Positions 39,913 to 49,856 of a stretch of DNA of 64,000 nt are shown in pieces. The position numbers were made by a program, and so were the translations under genes. Source of the DNA: Nitrososphaeria archaeon (GTDB lineage Archaea > Thermoproteota > Nitrososphaeria > JACIWG01); contig JBEKIG010000014.1 in assembly GCA_050011875.1 (NCBI GenBank), positions 10,699-74,698 of the forward strand, in the 5' to 3' direction. Numbering within the stretch: position 1 is the stretch's first letter; every line of letters begins with the position of its first letter. Below the pieces are notes generated by a model. It ran no database searches, was not told the DNA's origin, and saw only the letters and a program-made list of their open reading frames with translations.

Positions 39913-41798
39913 TGTTGGGGTATGCAGGAAAATTCCTAGAAGTGAATCTTTCAAAGGGGAATTTCAAAAACGTCACGATTGGAGAGGAATGGCTTAAGGA
40001 TTACATCGGGGGCAGAGGGCTCGCAGCTAAAATCCTGTGCGACAGACTGATCCACAAATGGGAAGAAATAGATCCTCTTGGGTCCGACAATATTTTACTT
40101 TTTCTGCCTGGACCGTTTACTGGATTTTACCCTGGAGGACGAGTCTGCGTTTCAGGGAAGTCTCCTCAGAGCAGCGGCGTTGTTGGTTCAACGGTTGGTG
40201 GCGAGTTCGGAGTTGAACTGCGCTGCGCAGGTTACGATGGCATTATCGTTACTGGTCAGGCTCAGAAACCAGTTTATTTGTTCATTAAAGACGAGGATGT
40301 TGAAATCAGGGATGCAAGCAGTCTTTTGGGCAAAGACACCAAGGAAACAAATACGTTACTCAATAAGGAATGCAGGGCTCTGTTGAAGGAGCGTTATCCC
40401 GGGTACGGTGAGTGGAAAGAGCCGGCAACTCTATGCATTGGTCCCGCCGGCGAGAACAGGGTTCGAACAGCAGTTGTCACGGCTAAATGGACGCACGCGG
40501 CGGGCTATGGCGGTTACGGAGCGGTAATGGGCTCGAAAAAGCTTAAGGCGGTCGCCGTCAAAGGTACGGGTCCCTTGCCCGAGGTCGCTGACCTTGAAAA
40601 AATCAAGCAAATAATTAGCTTGGTAAACAAGATTGCCTACGGTAACGTTATGTGGCGAAGATGGGGAACCGGCGGAGGTGGCTACAACTTTGGAGCGCAA
40701 ACAAGTTCTGAACCCATCAGGAATTGGCAGGAAGAATGGCATGACGAGAGAAGCTACGGCGTGGACGAGTTTGAGAACAGGTTCTGGGTGAAGCAGTCTT
40801 GGAGCGATTTCGGCTGCCCAACGAACTGCATGAAAATCGCCGTCGTAAGGTCAGGAAAATTTAAGGGGGCTATAACCGATAACCCAGACTACGAATTGCA
40901 GGCTTATCTGGGTCCTAACCTCGGAATATTTAATCCGGAAGAGAATGTGTACTTGTCTGCCTTGATTGATGACTTGGGTTTGTGCGGCATTCAGACAGGC
41001 AACGTAATGGGGTTTGCCGCTGAACTGTTCCAAAGAGACATTCTCTCCAAAGACGACTTAGATGGAATTGAATTGAGGTGGGGAAACGCTGAAGCCTTTG
41101 CTGCATTGGCTAAGAAAATTGCTGCGAGGGAAGGTGTTGGCGATTTATTGGCCGAAGGCACTTACAGGGTAGCACTGAAAATAGGAAAAATGAAACACAA
41201 AGACTTGCTGAAATACGCTGTGCAGAGCAAAGGTATCGGAATCGGCGCCCACGGAATTCGTAGTGGCATGGACTTCTCTAATGAAATAGGATTTGCTTGT
41301 TCGGTTCAGGGTGGTGATCACTCGTCAATGACTAGTTTGCCCTTGGAGGGTTATGGAAGCGAGATATGGGAAATTTTCTACGATTCAGCTATCATGTGCA
41401 AATTCACTTGTTTTGGTTTTCCCGAAAATTCCAGATTTGAACTTTACGGCGCCATTACCGGATTAAACTTGACCCGTGACGAATGGGCAAGAAACGGTGG
41501 ATTAAAGACCCTGCAGATTCAAAGGGCACTACTGCTTTTAGGAGGACCAGATTTGCATTGGAACCCTAAAGTTGATGATGATAATCCGAGCAGATTCTAT
41601 GAACCGTTGCCTTCAGGCCCGTGCAAGGGTAAAGCTGCCGACAAGACGAGCGTGAGCATGGGTGTGCAAAAGTACTATGAAGAAGCTGGCTGGGATGCGA
41701 ATGGAATACCCAAATCAGAAACTCTTCTCAGGCTAGGGTTGGGCGAAGTTGATAAAGCTCTCAAGAAGTTGCGTGAGACGTCGATGAAATATGTTTAA
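39912..41798 (+). CDS. Tungsten aldehyde:ferredoxin oxidoreductase family, WOR5-like large subunit
   Basis: GGRGL, KSP, HAAGYGGYGAVMGSK, EPIRNWQEE, PDYELQAY, GAHGIRS, DDDNPSRFYEPLPSGP. Confidence 0.92.
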   Translation: MLGYAGKFLEVNLSKGNFKNVTIGEEWLKDYIGGRGLAAKILCDRLIHKWEEIDPLGSDNILLFLPGPFTGFYPGGRVCVSGKSPQSSGVVGSTVGGEFGVELRCAGYDGIIVTGQAQKPVYLFIKDEDVEIRDASSLLGKDTKETNTLLNKECRALLKERYPGYGEWKEPATLCIGPAGENRVRTAVVTAKWTHAAGYGGYGAVMGSKKLKAVAVKGTGPLPEVADLEKIKQIISLVNKIAYGNVMWRRWGTGGGGYNFGAQTSSEPIRNWQEEWHDERSYGVDEFENRFWVKQSWSDFGCPTNCMKIAVVRSGKFKGAITDNPDYELQAYLGPNLGIFNPEENVYLSALIDDLGLCGIQTGNVMGFAAELFQRDILSKDDLDGIELRWGNAEAFAALAKKIAAREGVGDLLAEGTYRVALKIGKMKHKDLLKYAVQSKGIGIGAHGIRSGMDFSNEIGFACSVQGGDHSSMTSLPLEGYGSEIWEIFYDSAIMCKFTCFGFPENSRFELYGAITGLNLTRDEWARNGGLKTLQIQRALLLLGGPDLHWNPKVDDDNPSRFYEPLPSGPCKGKAADKTSVSMGVQKYYEEAGWDANGIPKSETLLRLGLGEVDKALKKLRETSMKYV

Positions 41799-42030
41799 TT
41801 GAGAGTGCACTAAATCAGAGAGACAAAAGCTAAAGACGTAATCCTTAAATTCAAGGAAGGGTAAATTTCTCTGAAAGATCTGGATAACATAAAGCTTCTA
41901 CATGAGCACATAATGACCATAACGCAACTGGGACTATCGCATAAGCATATACATCATTAATATGAATGCCCTTTCTTCTCCGGGATCTATTAAGATAAAT
42001 GTCAATTATGGACAAATAGGCTGTCAAGTC

Positions 42031-42101
42031 CGTTAAGTCAGCGTTAAGTTTGCTGTTAAATTTTTTGTAAAGTTGTGCGTTAAATTCGCCGTTAAATTTA
42101 G
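42031..42101. repeat. Degenerate ~12-bp tandem repeat (about 6 units with GTTAA core)
   Basis: cgttaagtcag/cgttaagtttgc/tgttaaattttt/tgtaaagttgtg/cgttaaattcgc/cgttaaatttag. Confidence 0.65.
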
Positions 42102-42179
42102 GTTTTTTAACGCCGAAAACTGTGTCCGGTTTTTATCTCATCATTTTCCAGCTGATTTGTCCGGGGCATCTGTTAATTG

Positions 42180-42400
42180 TTAAGATATTTTCCTTGACGC
42201 ATATGGCCCCATCGTTATCTCATCTAAACATTCAATTATCAGTCTTACTGGGTCGCTCCAACTGAGCATTTCATCAGAAATCAGATCGAACCCCATTTTT
42301 GTTTGAAGATTTATCAACTTTTTCGTGTTCCTTTTTCAAAGCTTCGCGTACAGTTGATCAAATCTTCTGACCTAGCATGTATTCTTGGGAGAAATAGCCT
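42180..42400 (-). pseudogene. Remnant of a MetE-like (N-terminal half) methionine synthase gene
   Basis: Frameshifted fragments PRIHARSEDLINCTRSFEKG and KLINLQTKMGFDLISDEMLSWSDPVR resemble YPRSE..L..ATR and Q..AG.D.I.DG.L.W.D..R. Confidence 0.5.
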
Positions 42401-42484
42401 CGCACGTACAGAACCCTTCCACTTAAAGGCTATAGAAAAGATTTTCCTTAAATGGATGTAAGAAATGCATTTATCGTCAAATAC

Positions 42485-43468
42485 CTATTTACCATTGAAC
42501 ATTATTGGGTTAGCTACGAATAACGGCTTCTTTCCTTGGAAGAATCTTTTAAGATCTTCGGCGTTCATCATGTCCATCCTTATTAGGGCTTCTGATGTGA
42601 AGTTAGCCATGTGAGGAGACAATACTACATTATCTAGCATTAGTAAGGGGTTGTCCTTGGTTATCGGTTCCTGTTCGAAGACGTCTAAGGCGGCTCCCGA
42701 GATTTCTCCGTTCTTTAAAGAATCGTATAATGCGCTCTCATCTATTATAGAACCCCTTGAAGTGTTTATTAAAAAAGCGCTTTTCTTCATTAGTCTTAGC
42801 CTGTCTCTATTTATTAGGTGGTGAGTTTCAGCTGAAAGAGCAACATGAATTGTAACAAAGTCTGATGTTCTTAAAAGTTCATCTAGACCCACCGGAAGAG
42901 CCCCTTCTTTTTCAATTTCATTCCCTTTTACAAAAGGGTCATATGCCAGTATTTTGACATCAAATCCCGACAGCTTTTTGGCAACGCGTCGGCCTACTGC
43001 TCCAAATCCAACTATTCCTACAGTCTTACATAACAATTCTGAACCAAGTAAACGAACCCATTTGCCATTTGATATTTCATAACTGGCTTTTGGAAAATTT
43101 TTTGCTATCCCCAGCATCAACATAATCGCGTATTCGGCCACTGAATCAGAGTTTGATTGAGGAGTGTATGTAACTATAATTCCCTTCTGAGTCGCTGCAT
43201 CTAGGTCTATATTGTCAACTCCGACACCGTGTCTTGCAATAATCCTAAGTTTATCTGAAGATATTAAAATATCTCTGTCCATTTTCTCATTACCAACTAT
43301 TACTCCATCATAATCCATGGCAATTGATCTCATTTCATCCTCGCTCGAGACGTTCTTTCTATCAACAGCCGCGAATTCTTCAAGAAGCTCTACCGCTTTT
43401 TTACAGTGGACACCATACGATTTTGATGTTATTGCGATACACGGTCTACTCATATAATACTCTCTCAT
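42485..43468 (-). CDS. D-2-hydroxyacid dehydrogenase, phosphoglycerate-dehydrogenase-like (no ACT domain)
   Basis: RHGVGVDNID, GFGAVG, INTSRG, LDVFEQEP, SPHMA. Confidence 0.92.
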   Translation of the reverse strand: MREYYMSRPCIAITSKSYGVHCKKAVELLEEFAAVDRKNVSSEDEMRSIAMDYDGVIVGNEKMDRDILISSDKLRIIARHGVGVDNIDLDAATQKGIIVTYTPQSNSDSVAEYAIMLMLGIAKNFPKASYEISNGKWVRLLGSELLCKTVGIVGFGAVGRRVAKKLSGFDVKILAYDPFVKGNEIEKEGALPVGLDELLRTSDFVTIHVALSAETHHLINRDRLRLMKKSAFLINTSRGSIIDESALYDSLKNGEISGAALDVFEQEPITKDNPLLMLDNVVLSPHMANFTSEALIRMDMMNAEDLKRFFQGKKPLFVANPIMFNGK

Positions 43469-43519
43469 TAAATCAATTTTTAAACATTATTCCTTTTCGC
43501 GCCTAATCATTAGAGAGCT

Positions 43520-44032
43520 TTAGATTTCGATGATTTTAGTTTCCTTTTTCCTTAAATCGGTTATAGCCAACGTTCTTCTACCTGTTAAATATCCACACAA
43601 CTCGCCTGGATTCACTAAAGCACATTTGCCGATTACTTTGTTTACAACCTTATGCCAGTGTCCGTAAGCGACAAGGTCATACCTATTGCTTAAAGCTACA
43701 GCCTCAACAACCTCTTCATCTTCGCCGTGCATCAATGCAATCTTGAACCCGTTTAAGCTTATTGTGGCCTTGGGCCAAACAAGTTTACATTTCTGGGACT
43801 GAGATATTACATCTTTAAGCATAACTTTTTCACCATCGTTATTTCCAAAAGTGAAGTATGTCACGAAATTCTCACCAAAAAAAAGTTTGGCAGAAAAGGG
43901 ACTCACTATGTCACCGGCGTGAAGCAGGTAACCCACTTGCTCTGAATTCAATATTTCTATAGCTTTCTTGATTGCTTGAATATTGTCATGCGAATCACTT
44001 ATGATCCCAATCCTCAACGAGGGCACCGTCAT
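43520..44032 (-). CDS. YfcE/MJ0936-family metallophosphoesterase
   Basis: SDSHD, HAGD, GNND, HG, GHWH, NPGE. Confidence 0.92.
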   Translation of the reverse strand: MTVPSLRIGIISDSHDNIQAIKKAIEILNSEQVGYLLHAGDIVSPFSAKLFFGENFVTYFTFGNNDGEKVMLKDVISQSQKCKLVWPKATISLNGFKIALMHGEDEEVVEAVALSNRYDLVAYGHWHKVVNKVIGKCALVNPGELCGYLTGRRTLAITDLRKKETKIIEI

Positions 44033-44090
44033 AACTTTGGCTCATAGGAAATATAACTTTTCTTAAAACAATTGCTTCCCTGTACGGTTT

Positions 44091-44441
44091 CTATTTTAAA
44101 AGCTTGAGAATAGTCTCGATGAGCAGGATTCCACCCTGCAGTTCTTTCCTCCCCTTTTCGGTCACTTCATAGTATTTTCTATAGTTACCGCTTCTTTTGA
44201 TATACCCTTCCCTTTCCAGTCTATAAAGCACAGAGTATACGGTAATTAAATTCACCTTTATCTTATATTTTTCCCTTATCTCCTTGTAGAGTTCTCTACT
44301 GAACATCGGCCTATCAGAAATGAGTTTGATTGAATATAACCAGAGGTTGTTAATTGTTAAAGATGATTCCAATCTTCCTAAAGGTTTTTGCACATCTTCG
44401 TATAGTCTAATGGAATAATATTTAAATTCTCTCAGTAACAT
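44091..44441 (-). CDS. PadR-family transcription regulator (possible true start GTG 44393)
   Basis: ITVYSVLYRLEREGYI..RKYYEVTEKGR. Confidence 0.88.
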   Translation of the reverse strand: MLLREFKYYSIRLYEDVQKPLGRLESSLTINNLWLYSIKLISDRPMFSRELYKEIREKYKIKVNLITVYSVLYRLEREGYIKRSGNYRKYYEVTEKGRKELQGGILLIETILKLLK

Positions 44442-44471
44442 TTATATCGATAAATATTTATAGTCATAAAC

Positions 44472-45518
44472 ATGTCAAAGTTGAAGGTAGCCCTAGCCGG
44501 CATCGGAAATACTGCTTCAGCCTTGGTACAATCACCATTCTACTATAAAGGAAGGAAAGATAACGACCCTTTAGGAGGGTATAAGATATCCGATATAGAA
44601 TTCGTCGCAGCTTTCGATGTAAACAAAGAAAAAGTGGGAAAAGATCTTTCAGAAGCCATCTTCGCAAAGCCGAACATCACGCCACATTTTGCTGAAGTTA
44701 AGAATGTTGGAGTAAAGGTCAGCACAGGCCCCGTCTTAGACGGAGTAGCAGAACATATGCGACACATCATGAATCCAGTAAGAAAAACATGCACCGTGGA
44801 AGATGCAGCGGATCAAATAAGTGGCGCAGATGTTTTCCTTAGCCTACTGCCGGTTGGAAGCGATCAGGCAACAAAGTTCTATGCGGAAGTTGCTCTGAAG
44901 GCTGGTGTCGCGTTCGTGAATACGATCCCAGTGTTTGTAGCAAGTGATCAGGTCTGGAGCAGCAGATTCAAGGAGAAAAACCTTCCAATTTTGGGAGACG
45001 ACATAAAGGGACAGATAGGTGCGACAATACTACATCGGACACTTGTCCGCCTTTTTAGGCTGAGGAATGTACAAGTCATAGAAACCTATCAGCTCAATGT
45101 TGGAGGTAACACCGACTTTCAGAACATGTTGGACGAGAACAGGTTAATTAGTAAGAGAAGAAGCAAAACAGATGCTGTTACATCCGTATTGCCATACGGA
45201 ATCGACGTAAGAATAGGTCCGAGCGACTACGTTCCATTTCTAAAGAACACAAAAGTTGCCTACATATACATTAAGGGTGAGAGCTACGCAGGATTCCCTG
45301 TCACTATTGACGCTAAGCTTTCGGTCGATGATAAATCTATGTTCGCGTTTAGCGCGATGGATGCGACAAGACTTGCTAAAGTCGCAGTAGACAGAGGAGA
45401 AAGCGGACCTATTAAAGAGATTTCAGCATACTATTTCAAACATCCACCGGTTCAGGCCGAAAGCGATGAACAGGCTGCAGCCTGGGTCAAATCTTGGCTG
45501 AATAAAAAGAGAAAGTAA
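44472..45518 (+). CDS. ino1: myo-inositol-1-phosphate synthase
   Basis: GIGNTAS, LPVGS, GDDIKGQIGAT, QLNVGGNTDF, SK..SKT, GPSDYV. Confidence 0.95.
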   Translation: MSKLKVALAGIGNTASALVQSPFYYKGRKDNDPLGGYKISDIEFVAAFDVNKEKVGKDLSEAIFAKPNITPHFAEVKNVGVKVSTGPVLDGVAEHMRHIMNPVRKTCTVEDAADQISGADVFLSLLPVGSDQATKFYAEVALKAGVAFVNTIPVFVASDQVWSSRFKEKNLPILGDDIKGQIGATILHRTLVRLFRLRNVQVIETYQLNVGGNTDFQNMLDENRLISKRRSKTDAVTSVLPYGIDVRIGPSDYVPFLKNTKVAYIYIKGESYAGFPVTIDAKLSVDDKSMFAFSAMDATRLAKVAVDRGESGPIKEISAYYFKHPPVQAESDEQAAAWVKSWLNKKRK

Positions 45519-45578
45519 ACCTTAATAAAAGGACCAAGTGCTAAAAATTTATTAACATACATCTTTTTTCTTTCTATC

Positions 45579-46520
45579 GTGAAATTAACCAAAACGGTAG
45601 TAGGCAGTTTTCCAGTGCAGAACGCTCCTATCGCAGAGGCTATAAAAAATACTGTTAACTTTCAGTTAGGAAATGACATAGACATAGTCTCCGATGGCGA
45701 ACAGAGGTCAGACATGCTTGGATACTTTGAATGTCTTCCTGGACTAGGTAGAAATCTAAGGGGAGTTTGCGTAAACTCAAAAATTTCTTCAATGGATAAT
45801 CCAAACGAGTTCATCAAATTAAAGGACCTTCAACTTGTTACTGAATATTTGGAAGAAAAGGGTAAGGATAATATCCCTGTGAAAGTTGCGATAACAGGAC
45901 CTGTAACTCTTGGATTCTTCTGTGGCATTAACGGTCTGAAATATTATAGTAACCTGAGAGATCCCCGACTTTACTCCGATATAGCTGAAGCTCTAAATCC
46001 CATCATACGCCAAGTTGCAAAAAAGAACTGCTACATTCAGATTGATGAACCGAGCTTTTCAGCAAAAGCAATAGACTATAAAGATGCTCTGAAATTCGTA
46101 GAACAATCAATAAGTGGTCTACCAAATTCAATATATAAAGAAAAAAGGATCATATTACATGCATGTGGTCCTTTAAACGAAAATCTTCTTAAAGGTCTTA
46201 TCGAATCCGATGTACCCGTACTGAGTTTAGCATTCAGCGCACCTAATGTTCAGAAGAATATTGATCTTATTTCAAAAAAACTCTTACAATCCGGCAACAA
46301 AAGACTAGGAGTTGGCTGCATATCAGTTGAAGCCGCGAAAAAATCAGATGTAGAAGGAGAGGAGGTTTTAATAAAAAGACTGGGGCGAATCGTTAAAAAG
46401 GTAGGTGAAGAAACCATAGAATTTGTCCATCCTGATTGCGGATTGAGGAGTTGCAGCCCAGAAGCTGCGGAACTTATACTCAGACACATGAGACAGGCAG
46501 TCGAACATCTAAGAACATAA
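45579..46520 (+). CDS. Core (single-barrel) cobalamin-independent methionine synthase-like protein
   Basis: VVGSFP, SDGEQR, ITGPVT, IQIDEP, LHACG, HPDCGL. Confidence 0.82.
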   Translation: MKLTKTVVGSFPVQNAPIAEAIKNTVNFQLGNDIDIVSDGEQRSDMLGYFECLPGLGRNLRGVCVNSKISSMDNPNEFIKLKDLQLVTEYLEEKGKDNIPVKVAITGPVTLGFFCGINGLKYYSNLRDPRLYSDIAEALNPIIRQVAKKNCYIQIDEPSFSAKAIDYKDALKFVEQSISGLPNSIYKEKRIILHACGPLNENLLKGLIESDVPVLSLAFSAPNVQKNIDLISKKLLQSGNKRLGVGCISVEAAKKSDVEGEEVLIKRLGRIVKKVGEETIEFVHPDCGLRSCSPEAAELILRHMRQAVEHLRT

Positions 46521-46580
46521 CAAAATCGTCAAGTGGAGGTCATAAAAGGGTTATTTAACATCTTTTTTGGTAGTATATTT

Positions 46581-46979
46581 ATGCACGAATGGGCTTTAGC
46601 TGAAGCGGTTATTGCAGCGGTTACTGAAATAGCTGAAAGAGAGAAATTTGTTAAGGTATTAGAAGTTGAACTTAGGGTCGGAGAGCTGCAACAAATAGAC
46701 GAAGAAATTATTAAATTTGCTCTAGCCCAGTTGAAGACAGGTAAACTAAAGAAGACTCGATTCGTTATAATCATTATAAAAGCTCAACTAAAGTGTAAGG
46801 TATGTGGCAATCAATGGGTTTTCAACAAAAAAGAAGTTAACCAAGAGATTGCAGAAGCAATACACTTTATCCCAGAAATAGCTCATTCCTATATAAAATG
46901 TCCTAATTGTGCAAGCCCCGACTTTGAAATTGTTGAAGGGCGTGGAATGTACATAGGGAACGTGCGAGGTGTCAGATGA
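46581..46979 (+). CDS. hypA: Hydrogenase nickel incorporation protein HypA
   Basis: MHEWAL, VGELQ, CKVC, IHFIPE, CPNC, GRG. Confidence 0.93.
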   Translation: MHEWALAEAVIAAVTEIAEREKFVKVLEVELRVGELQQIDEEIIKFALAQLKTGKLKKTRFVIIIIKAQLKCKVCGNQWVFNKKEVNQEIAEAIHFIPEIAHSYIKCPNCASPDFEIVEGRGMYIGNVRGVR

Positions 46980-47709
46980 AATGACAGATCCAAGAATGAG
47001 TATCATAGACAGGAGATTCTCAGGGATAACAAAAATAATTGCAGTTTCAAGCGCCAAAGGAGGTGTTGGAAAGAGCCTGACATCGTCTGTTCTTGCGCTA
47101 CTTCTCTCAAAAAATGGGAAGAAAGTTGGGCTTTTAGACCTCGACTTTACAAGTCCATCAACACATATAATATTAGGAATAAAGGATGGACGCCTTAAAG
47201 AGAAAAATGGAATACTACCACCCAAAATAAGCGGTATAAAATATATGTCAATAATCTTTTTTTCAAAAGATAACCCTACACCGCTTCGTGGGATAGATTA
47301 CACGAACTCGTTCCTAGAGATGTTGGCGATAACGAAATGGGGAAAACTAGATTACCTGTTGATCGATATGCCACCGGGAATAGGCGATATAACTTTGGAT
47401 ATTATAAGATTCATTAAAAACATTAAATTCTTAGTAATTGCGACGCCTTCTCCTCTGGCTATATCTTCCGTTAAAAAATTATTAGATTTATTGAAAAGCG
47501 TTGAAGTTCCCGTCATCGGAGTCGTTGAAAATATGAAAAAAGATGACATGATGACAATTAAGAAAGAAATCGAACAAAAAAATATTCCATTCCTTGGAAG
47601 CATAGAATACGATGACGAAATAGAAAAAGCGATCGGTGAAACAAAAAAGATCCTTAGCACTCGTTTCGCAGCAAGCCTCGATAAATTCATTAAAAGAACG
47701 GACTTTTAA
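46969..47709 (+). CDS. hypB: Mrp/MinD-family ATPase; ATPase-type HypB as in Thermococcales
   Basis: KGGVGKS, LDLDF, PTPLRG, DMPPG, VENM with no following CxxC; overlaps hypA. Confidence 0.8.
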   Translation: MSDEMTDPRMSIIDRRFSGITKIIAVSSAKGGVGKSLTSSVLALLLSKNGKKVGLLDLDFTSPSTHIILGIKDGRLKEKNGILPPKISGIKYMSIIFFSKDNPTPLRGIDYTNSFLEMLAITKWGKLDYLLIDMPPGIGDITLDIIRFIKNIKFLVIATPSPLAISSVKKLLDLLKSVEVPVIGVVENMKKDDMMTIKKEIEQKNIPFLGSIEYDDEIEKAIGETKKILSTRFAASLDKFIKRTDF

Positions 47710-47766
47710 TTTGAATGTTCAATCTTCTGTAGTAGTAAAGAAGCTCACAAACGTTTATAAAATTAA

Positions 47767-48786
47767 ATGAAGGTGGTTACTACTATGAAACCAAAAATTT
47801 TGATAACAGGCCCAATGCAAGAGAAAGGGTATAACTTAATATCGCGCTACTTTACACTTGAAGGCGATATTCAAAAGATTATGGGTAGAGATGATGTCCT
47901 GAAGGCACTTAGGGACAAGGATGGACTTATGCTAGTAAGTCACGTCGTAGTAAATTCAGAACTTTTAGATGCGGCTCCAAATTTGAAGGTTGTCAGCTCA
48001 GTAAGCGTGGGGTTTGATCATATCGACATAAATGAAACGACAAAACGTGGCGTCTACGTCTGTAATACTGCAGGCGCTTTAACCGATTGCGTTGCCGAAG
48101 TAGCTCTGGAGCTAATCCTTTCAACATATAAGAGAATGTCGGAGGCAGAGCGTTTCATGCGTGATCGTAAATGGACCAGAATTTTCTTGGGAGACGAATT
48201 CTTGGGAAGGGATGTCAAGGGAAAGGTCTTAGGAATTGTCGGGTTGGGGAGAATAGGATCTAGAGTGGCTGAAATTGCAAAGGTCTTTGGAATGAAAGTG
48301 ATCTACTATGACATTATTAGACCGAAGTATGCAGAAGAGATGGGTCTCGAATTCTATGATCTTAATGCATTAATGAAAGCATCTGATATTATAAGCATTC
48401 ATATCCCATTGTCAAATGAAACCAGACACCTAATAGATGAATCGAAATTGAAACTAATGAAGAAAGATGCAATAATAGTTAACACTTCAAGAGGTCCCAT
48501 TATCGAGGAAAAGGCTCTGATTAAAGCGCTTAAAGAAAAAACAATATTGGGTGCAGGACTTGACGTATTCGAAGAAGAGCCTCTTCCCCTGGACAGCGAA
48601 CTCCTTCGATTTGAAAACGTTGTGCTTTCACCTCACAGAGGGTCAGCATCTTATGAGACAAGGGCAGCTATGTCAGAGTTAGCCGCAAGAAACCTTATAG
48701 CCGCTCTGAGTGGAGAGATGCCGCCAGCTCTCGTTAATCGCGATGTACTTAAAGTAAGACCCCTTAGTGAGATCAAGATGATATAG
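47767..48786 (+). CDS. Glyoxylate/hydroxypyruvate reductase-like D-2-hydroxyacid dehydrogenase
   Basis: SVGFDHID, GLGRIG, VNTSRG, LDVFEEEP, PHRGSAS.ETR. Confidence 0.9.
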   Translation: MKVVTTMKPKILITGPMQEKGYNLISRYFTLEGDIQKIMGRDDVLKALRDKDGLMLVSHVVVNSELLDAAPNLKVVSSVSVGFDHIDINETTKRGVYVCNTAGALTDCVAEVALELILSTYKRMSEAERFMRDRKWTRIFLGDEFLGRDVKGKVLGIVGLGRIGSRVAEIAKVFGMKVIYYDIIRPKYAEEMGLEFYDLNALMKASDIISIHIPLSNETRHLIDESKLKLMKKDAIIVNTSRGPIIEEKALIKALKEKTILGAGLDVFEEEPLPLDSELLRFENVVLSPHRGSASYETRAAMSELAARNLIAALSGEMPPALVNRDVLKVRPLSEIKMI

Positions 48787-48908
48787 TAATGGTTCAACGT
48801 AAATATTAGTTATGAAGGAAAATATTTAGTAGGATGTTCTTTATATGTTTTAGACGAGCCAATCTTAAAGTTTATCTAAGCTTTTATTGAAATACCTTAT
48901 GAACGAAC

Positions 48909-49856
48909 ATGAACGGTCCTATTTTAGTAGTATGTGGTGCAATTAATTGGGACATAAACCTTTACGTTAAGAGATTTGGAAGCCCAGGAGAAGAAGTTCC
49001 TGTACCTAAAATAGAAAGAGTTCCAGGTGGAAAGGGAGCTAATGTCGCTGTCGCTGTTGCTAGAATATTAGGAAAAGGTAAATGCGAAATTCTTGGGGGA
49101 ATAGGTAATGATGAAATTGGAAAAAAACATTTAGAAGAGTTTGAAAGAGAAGGCGTTGGAAGTAGATGGCTGACCACCTTTAAGGATGTCGAATCGGGTC
49201 AGGCGTACATTCTAATAGATGAGAAAGGAGAGAATCAGATAAACACACACTTCGGCGCAAACATAGCTTTGAATGTTAAGGATGTGGAAAGGATCCGAAA
49301 CCTTTTAGATAAAATTGAATTCCTAGCAATTATGGATCCACCTATAGCTTTTACAGAAGGGATCCTAAAGTTGGCTAAAAATGCTATAAAGGTTTGGTCC
49401 CCTGGGGTAAGAGTCCGCAACGATAGGAAATCCGTTACCTCATTTCTAAAGTATATAGACTATCTTGTGCTTAATGAACATGAATTATTGGATTTATCAG
49501 GAGTTACAGACATGTCTAAGGTCTATCGGGAATTAGAAGAAAATAACCCTAAACTTCGAGTCATAGTTACACAGGGTTCAAAAGGGGTTACATTGCTTAC
49601 CCCTAGTGAGGTTAAATTCGTTAAAGGAATTGAGTTAAAAAAAATCGGGTTAAAGGTTGTTAATACAACTGGATGTGGTGATACGTTTGTCGGAGCTTTC
49701 ATAGCCTATCTCGTTTTAGGAGCACCTCAAGAATCTGCTCTTGAGATGGCTAACCTTGCGGCAGCAATAAAGGCATCAAAATATGAGACAAGAGGCAGTC
49801 CAACGAAATCGGAGCTAGAATGTTATCGAAAGAAGCTATTTTCAATAAAACCTTAA
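48909..49856 (+). CDS. PfkB/ribokinase-family sugar kinase
   Basis: PGGKGANVA, NEHE, NTTGCGDTF. Confidence 0.92.
   Translation: MNGPILVVCGAINWDINLYVKRFGSPGEEVPVPKIERVPGGKGANVAVAVARILGKGKCEILGGIGNDEIGKKHLEEFEREGVGSRWLTTFKDVESGQAYILIDEKGENQINTHFGANIALNVKDVERIRNLLDKIEFLAIMDPPIAFTEGILKLAKNAIKVWSPGVRVRNDRKSVTSFLKYIDYLVLNEHELLDLSGVTDMSKVYRELEENNPKLRVIVTQGSKGVTLLTPSEVKFVKGIELKKIGLKVVNTTGCGDTFVGAFIAYLVLGAPQESALEMANLAAAIKASKYETRGSPTKSELECYRKKLFSIKP

Noticed and set aside
41799-41900. Possible MoaD/ThiS remnant after the WOR gene (IRETKAKDVILKFKEG*ISLKDL)
   Set aside because: Multiple stops and no GG terminus; context plausible but unsupported
46788-47225. 145-aa minus-strand ORF
   Set aside because: Shadow of hypA/hypB
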